Source: an uncultured delta proteobacterium (lineage in GTDB: Bacteria; Desulfobacterota; Binatia; Binatales; Binataceae). Taken from it: a stretch of 64,000 nt of DNA. The DNA is taken from the NCBI GenBank assembly GCA_963842085.1, contig CAWJET010000002.1, positions 1,376,001-1,440,000 on the forward strand. Direction: 5' to 3'. This document shows positions 38,695 through 48,491 of this stretch, piece by piece; position 1 is the first letter of the stretch, and each line of letters opens with the position of its first letter. The notes under the pieces were generated by a model. It saw only the letters and a program-made list of their open reading frames with translations. It did not search any database and had not been told where the DNA came from. The position numbers were made by a program, and so were the translations under genes.

Positions 38695-40566
38695 TTACGC
38701 CGGAGCCGCGGCGAATCCCTCGCCGCCGTCGCCGCGCAAAATCGCGTCGAAGCGCTTGCCGCCGAGGTAGAAGCGACGCGCCTCGTCATCGGTGACCGCG
38801 GCCCGGCGCACGTCGCGGCGCCGAATCGGCCATATCCCGCCGACCATCGGATGCCGCCCCTGGCGATAGCTGAAGAAATAATAGGTGAACTGACGGAGCA
38901 CCGCGCGGCGCGCTTCCGCGTCGAGTCCGTGACCCGCGCACAGGGTAAACATCGCGTGCAGAAAGCGCGGGATCGTGTAGAAGCCGGTGAACGCGTCGCG
39001 ATATGCGCCGAGCCAGCTTTCCTTGTCCAGCTTGTCGTGCTTGAGCGTCACGTGCTGCGAGTCGAGCTGGTTGAAATCCCAGTCGATAATGGCGCCTTCC
39101 TTGGTGAAGCGCACCTGGTCCTCGGTGCCCGGCAGCGGCGTCATGATGAAGAACGACACGATGTCGAATCCGATCTTCTTGAGCGTCGCCGCCGCTACGC
39201 GTCCGCAATCGGGGCCGTCGAACGGGAATCCCAGCATATAGCCCGCATGCACCGAGACGCCGACCTTGTGCCAGTTCTCCACGACGCGCCGATACTTGTC
39301 GATCACGTGCGCGCGCACCGCTTCCAGCTTGCCCTTGTGCTGGCGGTCGTCGGTGTTCTGGTACTTGGTCGCAAAGTTCAGGTTGTCGGGATTGAGCGAC
39401 TCGATTCCGACGAACGCCTGGTAGCATCCCGCCGCCGCGGCCAGTTCGGTGAAACGCCTGCTGCGCCGATGCTTGGCGGTTTCGGTCTCGCCCTCGGCGA
39501 CGTTCGCGTAGCACGACGCGTCGACGTCCACCTGCATCATGAAGGAGAGCTTGGGATACTCCTTCTTCACTTCGGCCAGGCCGGTGAGAATCTCTTCCCA
39601 TCGCGGCGATCGGAAAAAATCGTCATCGACCAGGAACAGCGATTCGATACCGTGATGCTGGCATGCGTCGCGCACCCAGCTTACGACCGCGTCGGGCTCG
39701 CGCGAGCGCATCGTGCGGCCCATCACGTTTTTCACGCTGCAATACGAGCAGGTGAACGGGCATCCGCGCGATGTGTCCAGCGTGGTCATCGTGTCGTTGA
39801 AAAATCGCGTGAGATAACGATCGTCGAGCACCGGCAGCAGCGACTCGGTGATCAGCGGCACGATGATGTCGTCTTTGCCGGTCTTGGCGCGAATCCCCTG
39901 CGTGACCGAGTAGCTGATGCGCAGTTCGCCGCGCAGAAAGTCCTCGACGATATCGCCCCAGATGTTTTCGGCCTCGCCAACCACGGTCGTCACGCCGCAT
40001 GCGTTGAGGAACTTGCACGAGTCCGGAAAGCCGCTGACGTGGAAGCCGCCCATCATCGTCGGCAGGCCTTCGGCGACGAATTGAAGCGCGAGGTCGCGCC
40101 CGCGCGGATACTGATTCGACTGCACGCCGGCCAGCCCAATCAGCAACTCGACGCCATCTTCACGCGCCTTTTCCTTAATCGCCTTGATGGTCTCGGGGCT
40201 GACTATGCCGTCGCAAATTTCGTCCCAGATCACCGTCTCGAGGCGGACGTTCCGCTCCGCCGCGTACCGTTTGTTGAACGCCTCGTTGAGTGCCGACATC
40301 ACGGTCAACGTGTTGTTCGGCTGGACGCCGTAGCGGAAATACTGAACGAAGCCGTCCTCGTCGTAGCGTGAAGGTTTGATGAAATAGACGCGGATAGTGC
40401 GGCATGGCTCGGGCTTAATCGCCGCGTCAGCGGTCGCGCCCTCGCGCGCGGTCAACTGCAGGGGCGCGGCCGGACGGTCGCCGCCGTAGCGATTGGTCCC
40501 CAACAGCCAGTAGAGGATAGCCGCCGCAAATACGAGAAATGCGCCAAGAGATACGAGCAATACCAT
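38695..40566 (-). CDS. cobalamin-binding radical SAM protein with N-terminal TM anchor
   Basis: MGGFHVS, SRGCPFTCSYC, LVDDDF, FVGIES, TPLPGT. Confidence 0.9.
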   Translation of the reverse strand: MVLLVSLGAFLVFAAAILYWLLGTNRYGGDRPAAPLQLTAREGATADAAIKPEPCRTIRVYFIKPSRYDEDGFVQYFRYGVQPNNTLTVMSALNEAFNKRYAAERNVRLETVIWDEICDGIVSPETIKAIKEKAREDGVELLIGLAGVQSNQYPRGRDLALQFVAEGLPTMMGGFHVSGFPDSCKFLNACGVTTVVGEAENIWGDIVEDFLRGELRISYSVTQGIRAKTGKDDIIVPLITESLLPVLDDRYLTRFFNDTMTTLDTSRGCPFTCSYCSVKNVMGRTMRSREPDAVVSWVRDACQHHGIESLFLVDDDFFRSPRWEEILTGLAEVKKEYPKLSFMMQVDVDASCYANVAEGETETAKHRRSRRFTELAAAAGCYQAFVGIESLNPDNLNFATKYQNTDDRQHKGKLEAVRAHVIDKYRRVVENWHKVGVSVHAGYMLGFPFDGPDCGRVAAATLKKIGFDIVSFFIMTPLPGTEDQVRFTKEGAIIDWDFNQLDSQHVTLKHDKLDKESWLGAYRDAFTGFYTIPRFLHAMFTLCAGHGLDAEARRAVLRQFTYYFFSYRQGRHPMVGGIWPIRRRDVRRAAVTDDEARRFYLGGKRFDAILRGDGGEGFAAAPA

Positions 40567-40753
40567 GAATTAAGGTCCTCTGCTTTTGCTTCCTGCCCAG
40601 CCGCCCCCTCCTGCGCATCATACCCGAACGCGGGGCCCGAGGTCTAACCGGTCGGTCAGAGACAGTGTAAACAAATCCCGACCGCGGTTGTCAACAATTC
40701 ATTGAACCACGTTAATCATGCCAAAGTCGAGGATAATTCGGAGAGAAGTGTCG

Positions 40754-43129
40754 CTAGCGGTACATTTCGACGAGGTTGATCAGACCCAAATCGCGATAGC
40801 GCTCGACAAGGTAGCCCTTGATCTCCTGCACGCTGGCCATCTGCAGCGTCTCGCGAGCGATCAGGCGGGCGGTCTGATAGTCGACCTCCCGGATGACTTT
40901 GCGCACGACCGGAATGAAGAGCGGGCTCAGGCTCAGTTCGTCGAGGCCCATCCCGACCAGCAGCAGCGTTGCCAGCGGATCGCTGGCCATCTCGCCGCAC
41001 AGGCATACCTCCTTGTCGGCCGCGCGCGCAACGTTGACGACCTCGGAGATTGCGGAGATGACGGCGGGATGCAGCGCTTCGTACAGGTGCGCGACCTTGG
41101 GATTGTTGCGATCCGCAGCGAGCAGGTACTGGATCAGGTCGTTGGTGCCGATCGAGAAAAAATCGACCTCGCGCGCCAGCCGCGGCGCCAGCCACACCGC
41201 AGACGGCACCTCGACCATGATTCCGACTTCGATGTTCGGATTGTGCTCGAGTCCTTCCTTGTACAGCTCGGCCTGCGACTCGGCCAGCAATTCCCTGGCG
41301 CGGCGCAATTCCTCGAGGCTCGAGATCATCGGGAACATGATGCGAACGTTGTGCCTGGCGGCGGCGCGGAGAATCGCGCGCAGCTGAACTTTGAACAGCC
41401 CCGCCATCTCGAGCGAGATGCGGATCGAGCGCCAGCCGAGGAACGGATTGTCCTCGCGCGGCACCCGCATGTACGGCGGATACTTGTCCGCGCCGATGTC
41501 GAGCGTGCGAATCGTGACCGGGCGCTTGCCGAGCGCCTCGATCATCTTGCCGTACAGCGCTAGTTGCTGGGTCTCGTCGGGGAAGTCCTCGTAGGTCAGG
41601 AAGGAGAATTCCGAACGCAGCAGCCCCACGCCCTCGGCGCCGTAGCGAATCGCCAGGTGGACATCCGCCAGCAGCGCGATATTCGCGAGCATCATGACGC
41701 GATGACCGTCGCGGGTCGCGGTGGGCTTGTTGCCCTCCTCGATCAGCTCCTTCTTGAAGGCCTCGTAGCGCTTGGACAGGCTCATGTAATCGCGCTCGAT
41801 CTCGCTGCCGGGATTCACGTAAACCACGCCCGCGTTGCCGTCGAGCACGAGCTGATCGCCCTCGATGACCGATTCCATCAGGTGCTCGACGCCAACCACG
41901 GTGGGGATTTCGAACGCGCGCGCCAGGATCGCCGCGTGCGAGGTGACGCCGCCGGATTGCAGCGCGATGCCCGCGAGCCGCTCGTGGCTGACCATCGTCA
42001 GTTGCGAGAGCGTCAGCTCCTCGGCGACGATAATCGTCGGCTTGCTGAACGGCGCCCGCTTTTCCTCCTGGCGCAGATGACGCAGCACGCGATGGCCGAC
42101 GTCGCGAAAGTCGGTTGCGCGCTCGCGCAGGTAGTTGTCCGCGACCGCCAGCATCGACGTGCTCAGTTCCTCGATCACCCGGAACAGCGCGCTCTCGGCG
42201 GTGTAGCCGTCGGCGATTGATTCGCGGATCCGGCCGACGAACTCCTCGTCTTCGAGAATCATGCGATGACCGTCGAAGATCTGGAGGTCCGACTCGGGCA
42301 TCAAAGGTTCCATCCGCGCCCGCAGCGTCGCCAGCTCGGCCAGCGACCGGGCCAGCGCCTCCTCGAAGCGCTTGGCCTCGGCCTTGGGGTCGCGGGACTT
42401 CTGATGGCGATCGACGCTGCTCAGGAAGGTGCCGACAACGTGCGCGGCGCCCTGCGCAAATCCCGGAGACGCGGAAAGCCCCGCCAGCCGCGGGCGGCGA
42501 ATCTTTGCCGGCGGCGCGTGGCGCGTCTTGCCGCCGACTTTTTCGTAGTCCTTGAGCTGCCGATTGGCCTCGATCATCCGGCGCTTGTATTCGAGCCGCT
42601 CTTTCTCCTTGGTGACCAGCGATTCGCGCAGTCTGAAGTGCGAGAGAATCTGCGCGACCTGGTTGGCCGCGGTGCTGAGCAAGCGGATTTCGTTCTTGTT
42701 GAATTTGCGCCGCTCGAGCGTCTGCGCCACCAGCACTCCGAGCGGCTTCTTGCGCCCGTCGCGCACCGGCACACCCAGAAAAGTATGGAACCGCTCCTCG
42801 CCGGTCTCGGGAAAGTACTTGTAGCGCGGATGGCTGATGGCGTCGGGCACGCACACCGGTTCGTCTTTCTCCAGCACCAGCCCGACCAGTCCCTCGCTCA
42901 GCCGCATCGAGACTTTGCCGACCGACTCGCGATCGAGGCCGACCGTCGCGCGCAGCACGATTCGCTCGCGCTGAGGATCGAACAGGTAGAGCGAACAAAC
43001 TTCGGCCTCCATGCCGGTCGCGATCGCGAAGGTAACCCGGTCCAGCGTTTCGCGGAGGTCTTCCGAATGCTCGCCGCCGATCGAGGAGAGATGTTCGATC
43101 AGAGCGAGGCGATCCTTGTTGGCACTCAT
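40754..43129 (-). CDS. ptsP: PEP-protein phosphotransferase EI-Ntr (GAF domain)
   Basis: N-terminal GAF; GGVTSHAAILARA, GVGLLRSEF, SIGTNDL, CGEMA. Confidence 0.95.
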   Translation of the reverse strand: MSANKDRLALIEHLSSIGGEHSEDLRETLDRVTFAIATGMEAEVCSLYLFDPQRERIVLRATVGLDRESVGKVSMRLSEGLVGLVLEKDEPVCVPDAISHPRYKYFPETGEERFHTFLGVPVRDGRKKPLGVLVAQTLERRKFNKNEIRLLSTAANQVAQILSHFRLRESLVTKEKERLEYKRRMIEANRQLKDYEKVGGKTRHAPPAKIRRPRLAGLSASPGFAQGAAHVVGTFLSSVDRHQKSRDPKAEAKRFEEALARSLAELATLRARMEPLMPESDLQIFDGHRMILEDEEFVGRIRESIADGYTAESALFRVIEELSTSMLAVADNYLRERATDFRDVGHRVLRHLRQEEKRAPFSKPTIIVAEELTLSQLTMVSHERLAGIALQSGGVTSHAAILARAFEIPTVVGVEHLMESVIEGDQLVLDGNAGVVYVNPGSEIERDYMSLSKRYEAFKKELIEEGNKPTATRDGHRVMMLANIALLADVHLAIRYGAEGVGLLRSEFSFLTYEDFPDETQQLALYGKMIEALGKRPVTIRTLDIGADKYPPYMRVPREDNPFLGWRSIRISLEMAGLFKVQLRAILRAAARHNVRIMFPMISSLEELRRARELLAESQAELYKEGLEHNPNIEVGIMVEVPSAVWLAPRLAREVDFFSIGTNDLIQYLLAADRNNPKVAHLYEALHPAVISAISEVVNVARAADKEVCLCGEMASDPLATLLLVGMGLDELSLSPLFIPVVRKVIREVDYQTARLIARETLQMASVQEIKGYLVERYRDLGLINLVEMYR

Positions 43130-43261
43130 CGGTAAAGTCTCAGCGGCGGCGCAAAAATTTTATCGGATCGCTCGCGTCGCAAACAATGCCGCCGCGGGAT
43201 TCTATTCGGCATCGGAGTTATCATGCGGATCTGAGTTTCTTTTAACGGCTTTTTCAGCAGC

Positions 43262-43981
43262 TTAACTGACGGGCGACAACGGCTCGAATGGCGCAAGCGC
43301 ACTCTTCAGCAGGCCGCGGCCCGCTCGGCATCGTTTCGACCGGATCGCCTCGCAAAGCTCCCGCTCGTCCTTGACTGGGGCGTCGAGCAGCGTCGTTACG
43401 CATCCTATAGAGCCGGCGGAATGCGAGTCCGAGCCTGCGACCTCCGCCATCCCGAGTTGTCGCGCAACCTTCAGCGCGAAGACGTTCTCTTCCTCGCCGC
43501 ATGCGCCGTTCAGCACTTCGATCGCGTCGACGAGCTCGAAGATTTTGAGCTTCGCCGCGCGGTCCGGAAAAGTTGGATCGATCGGTTCGGAATCCGGGTT
43601 GATGAAGGAAAAGCGTGGGTCGAGTTTGTAGCGGAATGGATGATTGGCGATCAGGATCCCGCCTTCGAGATCGACCACCCGCCGCAGTTCGGCCAGCTTG
43701 TAGATCCCGCCGACGTACCGCTCGAGCCCGAACGCGCCGACGTGCCCCATGTCGGTCGTCACTTCCATCCCGCGGAGAAAAATCACGCCCGAGTCGGCCG
43801 CCATCGCCGCGACCTCGCGCGAATCCCACATGTTGTCGTGCTCGGTGATGCAGACCGCGCCGATTCCGATCGCACGCGCGCGCGCGACCAGGTCTTTCGG
43901 CGCCAGGTTCGAATCCGAGCTGCCGCGATTGGTGTGCAGATGCAGGTCGACGCTGAAGTAAGGCCCCGCTTGCTTCGTCAT
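43262..43981 (-). CDS. PHP domain metal-dependent phosphoesterase
   Basis: DLHLHT, ITEHD, NHP, GSDSH. Confidence 0.9.
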   Translation of the reverse strand: MTKQAGPYFSVDLHLHTNRGSSDSNLAPKDLVARARAIGIGAVCITEHDNMWDSREVAAMAADSGVIFLRGMEVTTDMGHVGAFGLERYVGGIYKLAELRRVVDLEGGILIANHPFRYKLDPRFSFINPDSEPIDPTFPDRAAKLKIFELVDAIEVLNGACGEEENVFALKVARQLGMAEVAGSDSHSAGSIGCVTTLLDAPVKDERELCEAIRSKRCRAGRGLLKSALAPFEPLSPVS

Positions 43982-43991
43982 CCGCCTACGT

Positions 43992-44126
43992 GAGCAACGC
44001 TCTCCCCTCTGTCATCATGGCGACGCGAGCAGCGCGAGTCTTATCTGCCATCCTGACGACCCGATCAGCGCGAGGGGAGGAAGGACCTCGGACAGCTTCG
44101 CGTAAGCGAAGCCGGTTCCGAGTCGC
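43992..44126. repeat. REP-like intergenic element (GTCATCCTGA...GAAGGAYCTC type)
   Basis: Homologous to 47073-47277, sharing GAAGGAYCTCGGACAGCTTCGCG..AGCGAAGCCGGTTCCG. Confidence 0.75.
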
Positions 44127-44145
44127 CCGCCTTGGGCGGGCCACC

Positions 44146-44706
44146 TTACTTCGGCGGCTCCTTCGCGAGCGTGATTTTCTTCATGTGGTCGCCCTTCTGA
44201 ATCTGATCGACCACGTCCATACCCTTAATCACGCCGCCGAAGATGGTGTATTGGCCGTCGAGTCCGGGCTGCGGCTCGAGGCAGATGTAGAACTGGCTGC
44301 CGCTGGACGCGCGTGTCGGATTGACTTCGTCGCCTGTGCGCGCGGTGGCCACACTGCCGCGCAGGTGATGCTCGTTGGGGTTGATCTCGGCCGGCACCGT
44401 GTAGCCCGGGCCGCCGGCGCCCGTGCCGTCAGGGTCTCCGCCCTGCACGACAAAGTCCGGCACCACGCGATGCCACGTCAGGCCGTTGTAAAAGCCCTTG
44501 TTCACCAGAGCCTCGAAATTCGCGACCGTCTTGGGCGCGACCGCCGGGTAAAGCTCGATGACTATGATGCCGCGTTCCGTATCGATGATTGCGTAATGAC
44601 CTGTGTTTCTCACTGGCAGTCCATCCGTTGCGCCTTTGCAGGCCGAGGCGAGCACGAGCACCGCCACGACGGCAAGACACGACAATCTAAAAGGGTTGCG
44701 TTGCAT
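44146..44706 (-). CDS. cyclophilin-type peptidyl-prolyl isomerase (lipoprotein)
   Basis: APKTVANF, WHRVVPDFVVQGGDP, GSQFYI, YTIFG; lipobox ASAC. Confidence 0.93.
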   Translation of the reverse strand: MQRNPFRLSCLAVVAVLVLASACKGATDGLPVRNTGHYAIIDTERGIIVIELYPAVAPKTVANFEALVNKGFYNGLTWHRVVPDFVVQGGDPDGTGAGGPGYTVPAEINPNEHHLRGSVATARTGDEVNPTRASSGSQFYICLEPQPGLDGQYTIFGGVIKGMDVVDQIQKGDHMKKITLAKEPPK

Positions 44707-44816
44707 TTCATCCACTCGCATTCGCACGAACCAACAATCGTCCATGCAGGTTATTCCAACGGTCCTTCATGGAATTATTCGACGCGTCGCCAATGCGCAA
44801 GTCATTCTCGTTCTTT

Positions 44817-44852
44817 CCCTCTCCCTGCAAGGGAGAGGATTAAGGTGAGGGT
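44817..44852. repeat. REP-type palindrome (CCCTCTCCC...GGGAGAGG...GGTGAGGG)
   Basis: CCCTCTCCCTGCAAGGGAGAGGATTAAGGTGAGGGT. Confidence 0.6.
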
Positions 44853-44914
44853 GCTTATTCAGCGCGCATTCTTCGCGCGCGATTCAAGATTCCGCCTCCG
44901 CTCTTCTCGCTCGC

Positions 44915-45700
44915 TCATCCCTTGATAAACTTCGCCACGACTGCTGCCAGCTTCACGGGCTCCTCCAGCGGCATCATGTGCGCGCCGTCGTCGACCAGAT
45001 GCACCTTCGCGCCGTGAATCCCTTTGCGGAATTCGTCGGCATAGACGGCCGGCAGCAACTTGTCGTCCTTGCCCCACACAACCAGCGTCGGCGCAGCGAT
45101 TCGATGCAACCGTTTGCGCAGCCCCTTGTCCGGTATCGGCCACATGAACTTGCCCGTGCATCCTAGAGCCCAAGTGATTCGGATAAATCCCTGCTGATCT
45201 TCGGGATTCAGCGTAATTCGCTTCAACGACGGGTGATGCTGATCCTTGAACAGCAGCGCGGGCAGGTCCGTCTGCGGCGTCACGATGTAATTGCGAATCG
45301 GCGAGTCGTCGCGCCACAGCCCAAGCGGACTTATCAGCACCAGCTTGCCGACGCGCGTCGGATCGGTCGCAGCGACTTCGCCGGCGATCATCCCGCCGAA
45401 CGAATGACCGACCACCGCCGCCGACTTGAGCCCGAGCTTGTCGAACAGGTCGTAGTAGTAGAGGACGAGATCCCACATGTCGTCGAGCGCCTTGTAGGAA
45501 TCCTCGTCGCCCGTCGTGATTCCGGGATGCTCGGGGGCATAGACGGTGAAATTTTTAGCCAGCTCGTCGAGCAGTTCGGTCTCGATCGGGCCGTAGCCTC
45601 CGTGCAGATAGACGAGTGGCGGCCCTTCGCCGAGAATCCTGACCTTGGGATGAACCTTGTCGCCCCACACGCTGAGCGTCTTATCTTTTGCAGCCGCCAT
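44915..45700 (-). CDS. alpha/beta hydrolase
   Basis: YLHG, GHSFGG, WGKDD, GAHM. Confidence 0.9.
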   Translation of the reverse strand: MAAAKDKTLSVWGDKVHPKVRILGEGPPLVYLHGGYGPIETELLDELAKNFTVYAPEHPGITTGDEDSYKALDDMWDLVLYYYDLFDKLGLKSAAVVGHSFGGMIAGEVAATDPTRVGKLVLISPLGLWRDDSPIRNYIVTPQTDLPALLFKDQHHPSLKRITLNPEDQQGFIRITWALGCTGKFMWPIPDKGLRKRLHRIAAPTLVVWGKDDKLLPAVYADEFRKGIHGAKVHLVDDGAHMMPLEEPVKLAAVVAKFIKG

Positions 45701-45716
45701 AGTTAGTCCTTGTCGC

Positions 45717-46967
45717 CTAGCGCGCCGCCGCATGCACTCCGTTCGACGCCATCTGTTTGCGCGGACCCTTCAGCGATTCGGGCCACCATTTGTTGTCCCA
45801 GTCGCCGTCCCAGACGCCGCGGAAATGCGGCAGCACCTCGCTGCAAAACAGATCGATATTCTTGATCGTCAAATCGTGCGGCATCGATCCGATATGCAGC
45901 AGCACCATCAGGTTGCCGACCCGAAGTTTCTTGACCGCTTCCATCAACTGCTGGCGCACGGTGGCGGGCGAGCCCGCGATCACGAACTGATTATCGACGA
46001 AGTCCTTGTAATTCCACGTCGGGATCTTGTTCATCAGGTCGAACAACTGCGGATTCAGCTTGGTCACGCTGTTGACCAGGCTCTTGTAGTCCTGGTTGCC
46101 GGCGACGGGAAAATACTCGGGCAGGATGTGCAGGCATTTGTCGTAAAAATATCGGATGTGCTGGTAGTAGTCCTTCTCGGCCTGCGCGTCGCTCTCCGAC
46201 ACTGCCACCAGTTGCAAAAATCCCGCGCGATACGGGTTGGGATCGTGATTGCCCTTGGCGACGAAATCCCAGAACCCGTCCATCACGCGCTTGCCGAAAT
46301 TGTTGCCCCAGTACGACAGGAAGCAGTAGCAGTGATTGTGCTTGGCGGAAAAATCCCAGGTCGAGAGACTGCCGCTGCCGGGAATCCACACCGGCGGATG
46401 CGGCTTCTGAATTGGGCGCGGCCAGATATTGACCATCGGCAGTTTGAAGTACTTGCCGTTCCACGCGAAAATTTCCGGCGACTGCCACGCCTTCAGGATG
46501 AGGTCGTGCGCCTCGTAGTAGCGCTCGCGCTGCTCGATCGGCGGGATTCCGTAGCACAGGTTCACGTCCTGCGACGTGCCCAGCGGCATCCCGGCCACCA
46601 TCCGGCCGCCGCTGATACAATCGATCATCGAATATTCTTCGGCGATTCGTATCGGCGGATTCGACGTCGGCAGCGTCGCGCCCATCTGCACCACCGCGAC
46701 GTCAGTGCCGTTGGTCGCGCGCGCGAGAATCGATCCCATCAGGTCCGGATTCGGCATGAAGCCGTAGGCGTTCTGATGATGCTCGTTGACGCAGATGCCG
46801 TCGATGCCCTTGTCGGCGGCGTGAATCAGCTCATCGAGCGTCCAGTTGTAGTACTGCCCGACCTTCACCGAATCGGCCAGCTCGCAGTACGGCGGATCGA
46901 CCCACACCGAATGATACTTCTGCGCGAAGTCATCGGGCAGCTCGCGATACGGCATCAGATGGAACAT
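45717..46967 (-). CDS. LLM class flavin-dependent oxidoreductase
   Basis: NEHH, RIAEEYSMIDCISGGR, PRPIQKPHPPVW. Confidence 0.92.
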   Translation of the reverse strand: MFHLMPYRELPDDFAQKYHSVWVDPPYCELADSVKVGQYYNWTLDELIHAADKGIDGICVNEHHQNAYGFMPNPDLMGSILARATNGTDVAVVQMGATLPTSNPPIRIAEEYSMIDCISGGRMVAGMPLGTSQDVNLCYGIPPIEQRERYYEAHDLILKAWQSPEIFAWNGKYFKLPMVNIWPRPIQKPHPPVWIPGSGSLSTWDFSAKHNHCYCFLSYWGNNFGKRVMDGFWDFVAKGNHDPNPYRAGFLQLVAVSESDAQAEKDYYQHIRYFYDKCLHILPEYFPVAGNQDYKSLVNSVTKLNPQLFDLMNKIPTWNYKDFVDNQFVIAGSPATVRQQLMEAVKKLRVGNLMVLLHIGSMPHDLTIKNIDLFCSEVLPHFRGVWDGDWDNKWWPESLKGPRKQMASNGVHAAAR

Positions 46968-47072
46968 TGAAATCTTCTCGTTTGGCCTCCGGCGCGCCGG
47001 TTTTCAATTTTTCAATATCACGGCGCAGCGCAATTCCCCAACCGTAACCGAGCCGTGGGCACCGGTTCACTA

Positions 47073-47277
47073 CTCTGTCGTCCTGATCCCCGCGAGCAAC
47101 GCGACCGCTCTCTCTGTCATCCCAGCGCCGCTGGCAACGCGACCGCTCGCTCTGTCATCCCGGCACCGCCAGCAACGCGCCCGCTCTCCCCGTCATCCTG
47201 ACGACGCGAGCAAAGCGAGCCGAGGAAGGATCTCGGACAGCTTCGCGCCAGCGAAGCCGGTTCCGGTTTCGAGTCGC
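47073..47277. repeat. four tandem 38-39 bp REP-like units plus terminal palindrome
   Basis: Units start at about 47073, 47112, 47150 and 47188 with (CTCT)GTCRTCC...GCAACGCGACCGCTC. Confidence 0.8.
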
Positions 47278-47534
47278 TGCGTCAAATGTCTTCAGCCAAG
47301 GTCCAGGGGCGGTGAACTTTTCAGCCTGACGCCTGCGGATTTGATGTGCTACCCATACAGACATGGACCGCGGCTATCAGGATTCGCGAGACTTCCCGCG
47401 CTCGCCCGAGATCCGGCCACGCCTCCAATCGGCGAAAGTCAAATTTGACGGGACGAACCCACCGATGGTGGTACTCGCCTCGCCGGACCACAACCGTATA
47501 GACTGCCGCTTTCCCGCTCGTTGAAGGCTATCGC

Positions 47535-48443
47535 TTGAGGCCCAAATTGCCGCCCGCCCGAGCGTTCTCTCGCAGAAAAGCACCTCCAATTGCCCTCATA
47601 TTGTGCGCCACCTCGATGCTGCTTTGCCCGACGCTCGCGCGCGCCGACTTATCCTCGCGCTACTTCGTCGGCGACTTCATCGGCAACGATGCCACAGTCG
47701 AAAACTACCTCTCCGTTTCGGGCGGTGTCGATCGCGCACAAGAGTTCGAGTCGCTGTATCTCGAAAAGACTATCTCCCCCAGCTCCAGCGTCTCGCTCTT
47801 CGCCGGTTACCAGCGCCTCGAACAGGAAGGCGAGCTAACCACCGCCAGCGGATTTACCAACCTCGGCCTCGGCTACAAACGCGTACTGATCGCGATCCCG
47901 CGCCACGAATTTGTGTTCACGATAAACCCGACCCTCGAGCTGCCCGTAGGCGACCGCAGCGTCGGTTCTGAATCGCACCCGCGCGCCGGCGGCGATTTGC
48001 TCTTTCAGAAAGGCTTTGGAGATTTGCCCGACTCCCTTCGTATGCTGCAGCCCTTCGGTGTCGAGGGCGGCGGCGGATGGGAAAGCAAGGTGACCGGCGC
48101 GCGCGACGACCTCGTATCCGCCGATCTCGAGCTCGAGTATTCGCTTCGCTACCTCGACGCAAATGTCGCCGCTGGTTCCGTGCCGAGGGCGCTGCGAGAT
48201 TTCGCGCCGCATCTCGATTTCGACTACGCACAGTACTTGAGCGCGCATCGCAACTCGTCGGCGCCGGACTTCGAGCTGACGCCCGCCATCGCATGGCTCA
48301 ACTCGACGTTCGAGATGAATCTAGGCATCCAGGTGGCACTCAATCGCGCGTCGTCGGGCAGCGGCGCCGTAGCCTTCGTCTGGCTGCTCGGGGTGTCCTA
48401 CGACCAACTCGTGCCCGTCCTCGGATGGATACCGTTTCACTGA
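47535..48443 (+). CDS. putative outer-membrane beta-barrel protein
   Basis: Signal peptide (ARA), amphipathic beta-strands, LELPVGD motif. Confidence 0.6.
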   Translation: MRPKLPPARAFSRRKAPPIALILCATSMLLCPTLARADLSSRYFVGDFIGNDATVENYLSVSGGVDRAQEFESLYLEKTISPSSSVSLFAGYQRLEQEGELTTASGFTNLGLGYKRVLIAIPRHEFVFTINPTLELPVGDRSVGSESHPRAGGDLLFQKGFGDLPDSLRMLQPFGVEGGGGWESKVTGARDDLVSADLELEYSLRYLDANVAAGSVPRALRDFAPHLDFDYAQYLSAHRNSSAPDFELTPAIAWLNSTFEMNLGIQVALNRASSGSGAVAFVWLLGVSYDQLVPVLGWIPFH

Positions 48444-48491
48444 CCGTCGCTTATGGACAAGCGCCTGCGATGAAGGCGACAATGCGCCGCT

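Noticed and set aside
38554-42998. Long alternative ORFs (605 aa at 38554, 760 aa at 40716; likewise 597 aa at 53799 and 409 aa at 56476)
   Set aside because: Antisense or alternate-frame shadows of well-supported genes, expected in high-GC DNA.
43905-43920. GGTTCGAATCC tRNA T-arm motif
   Set aside because: Lies within the PHP coding sequence; no cloverleaf around it.
47073-47277. Possible CRISPR array
   Set aside because: Units are only 38-39 bp in total with about 10-nt related variable parts, no unique spacers and no cas genes; REP-like instead.
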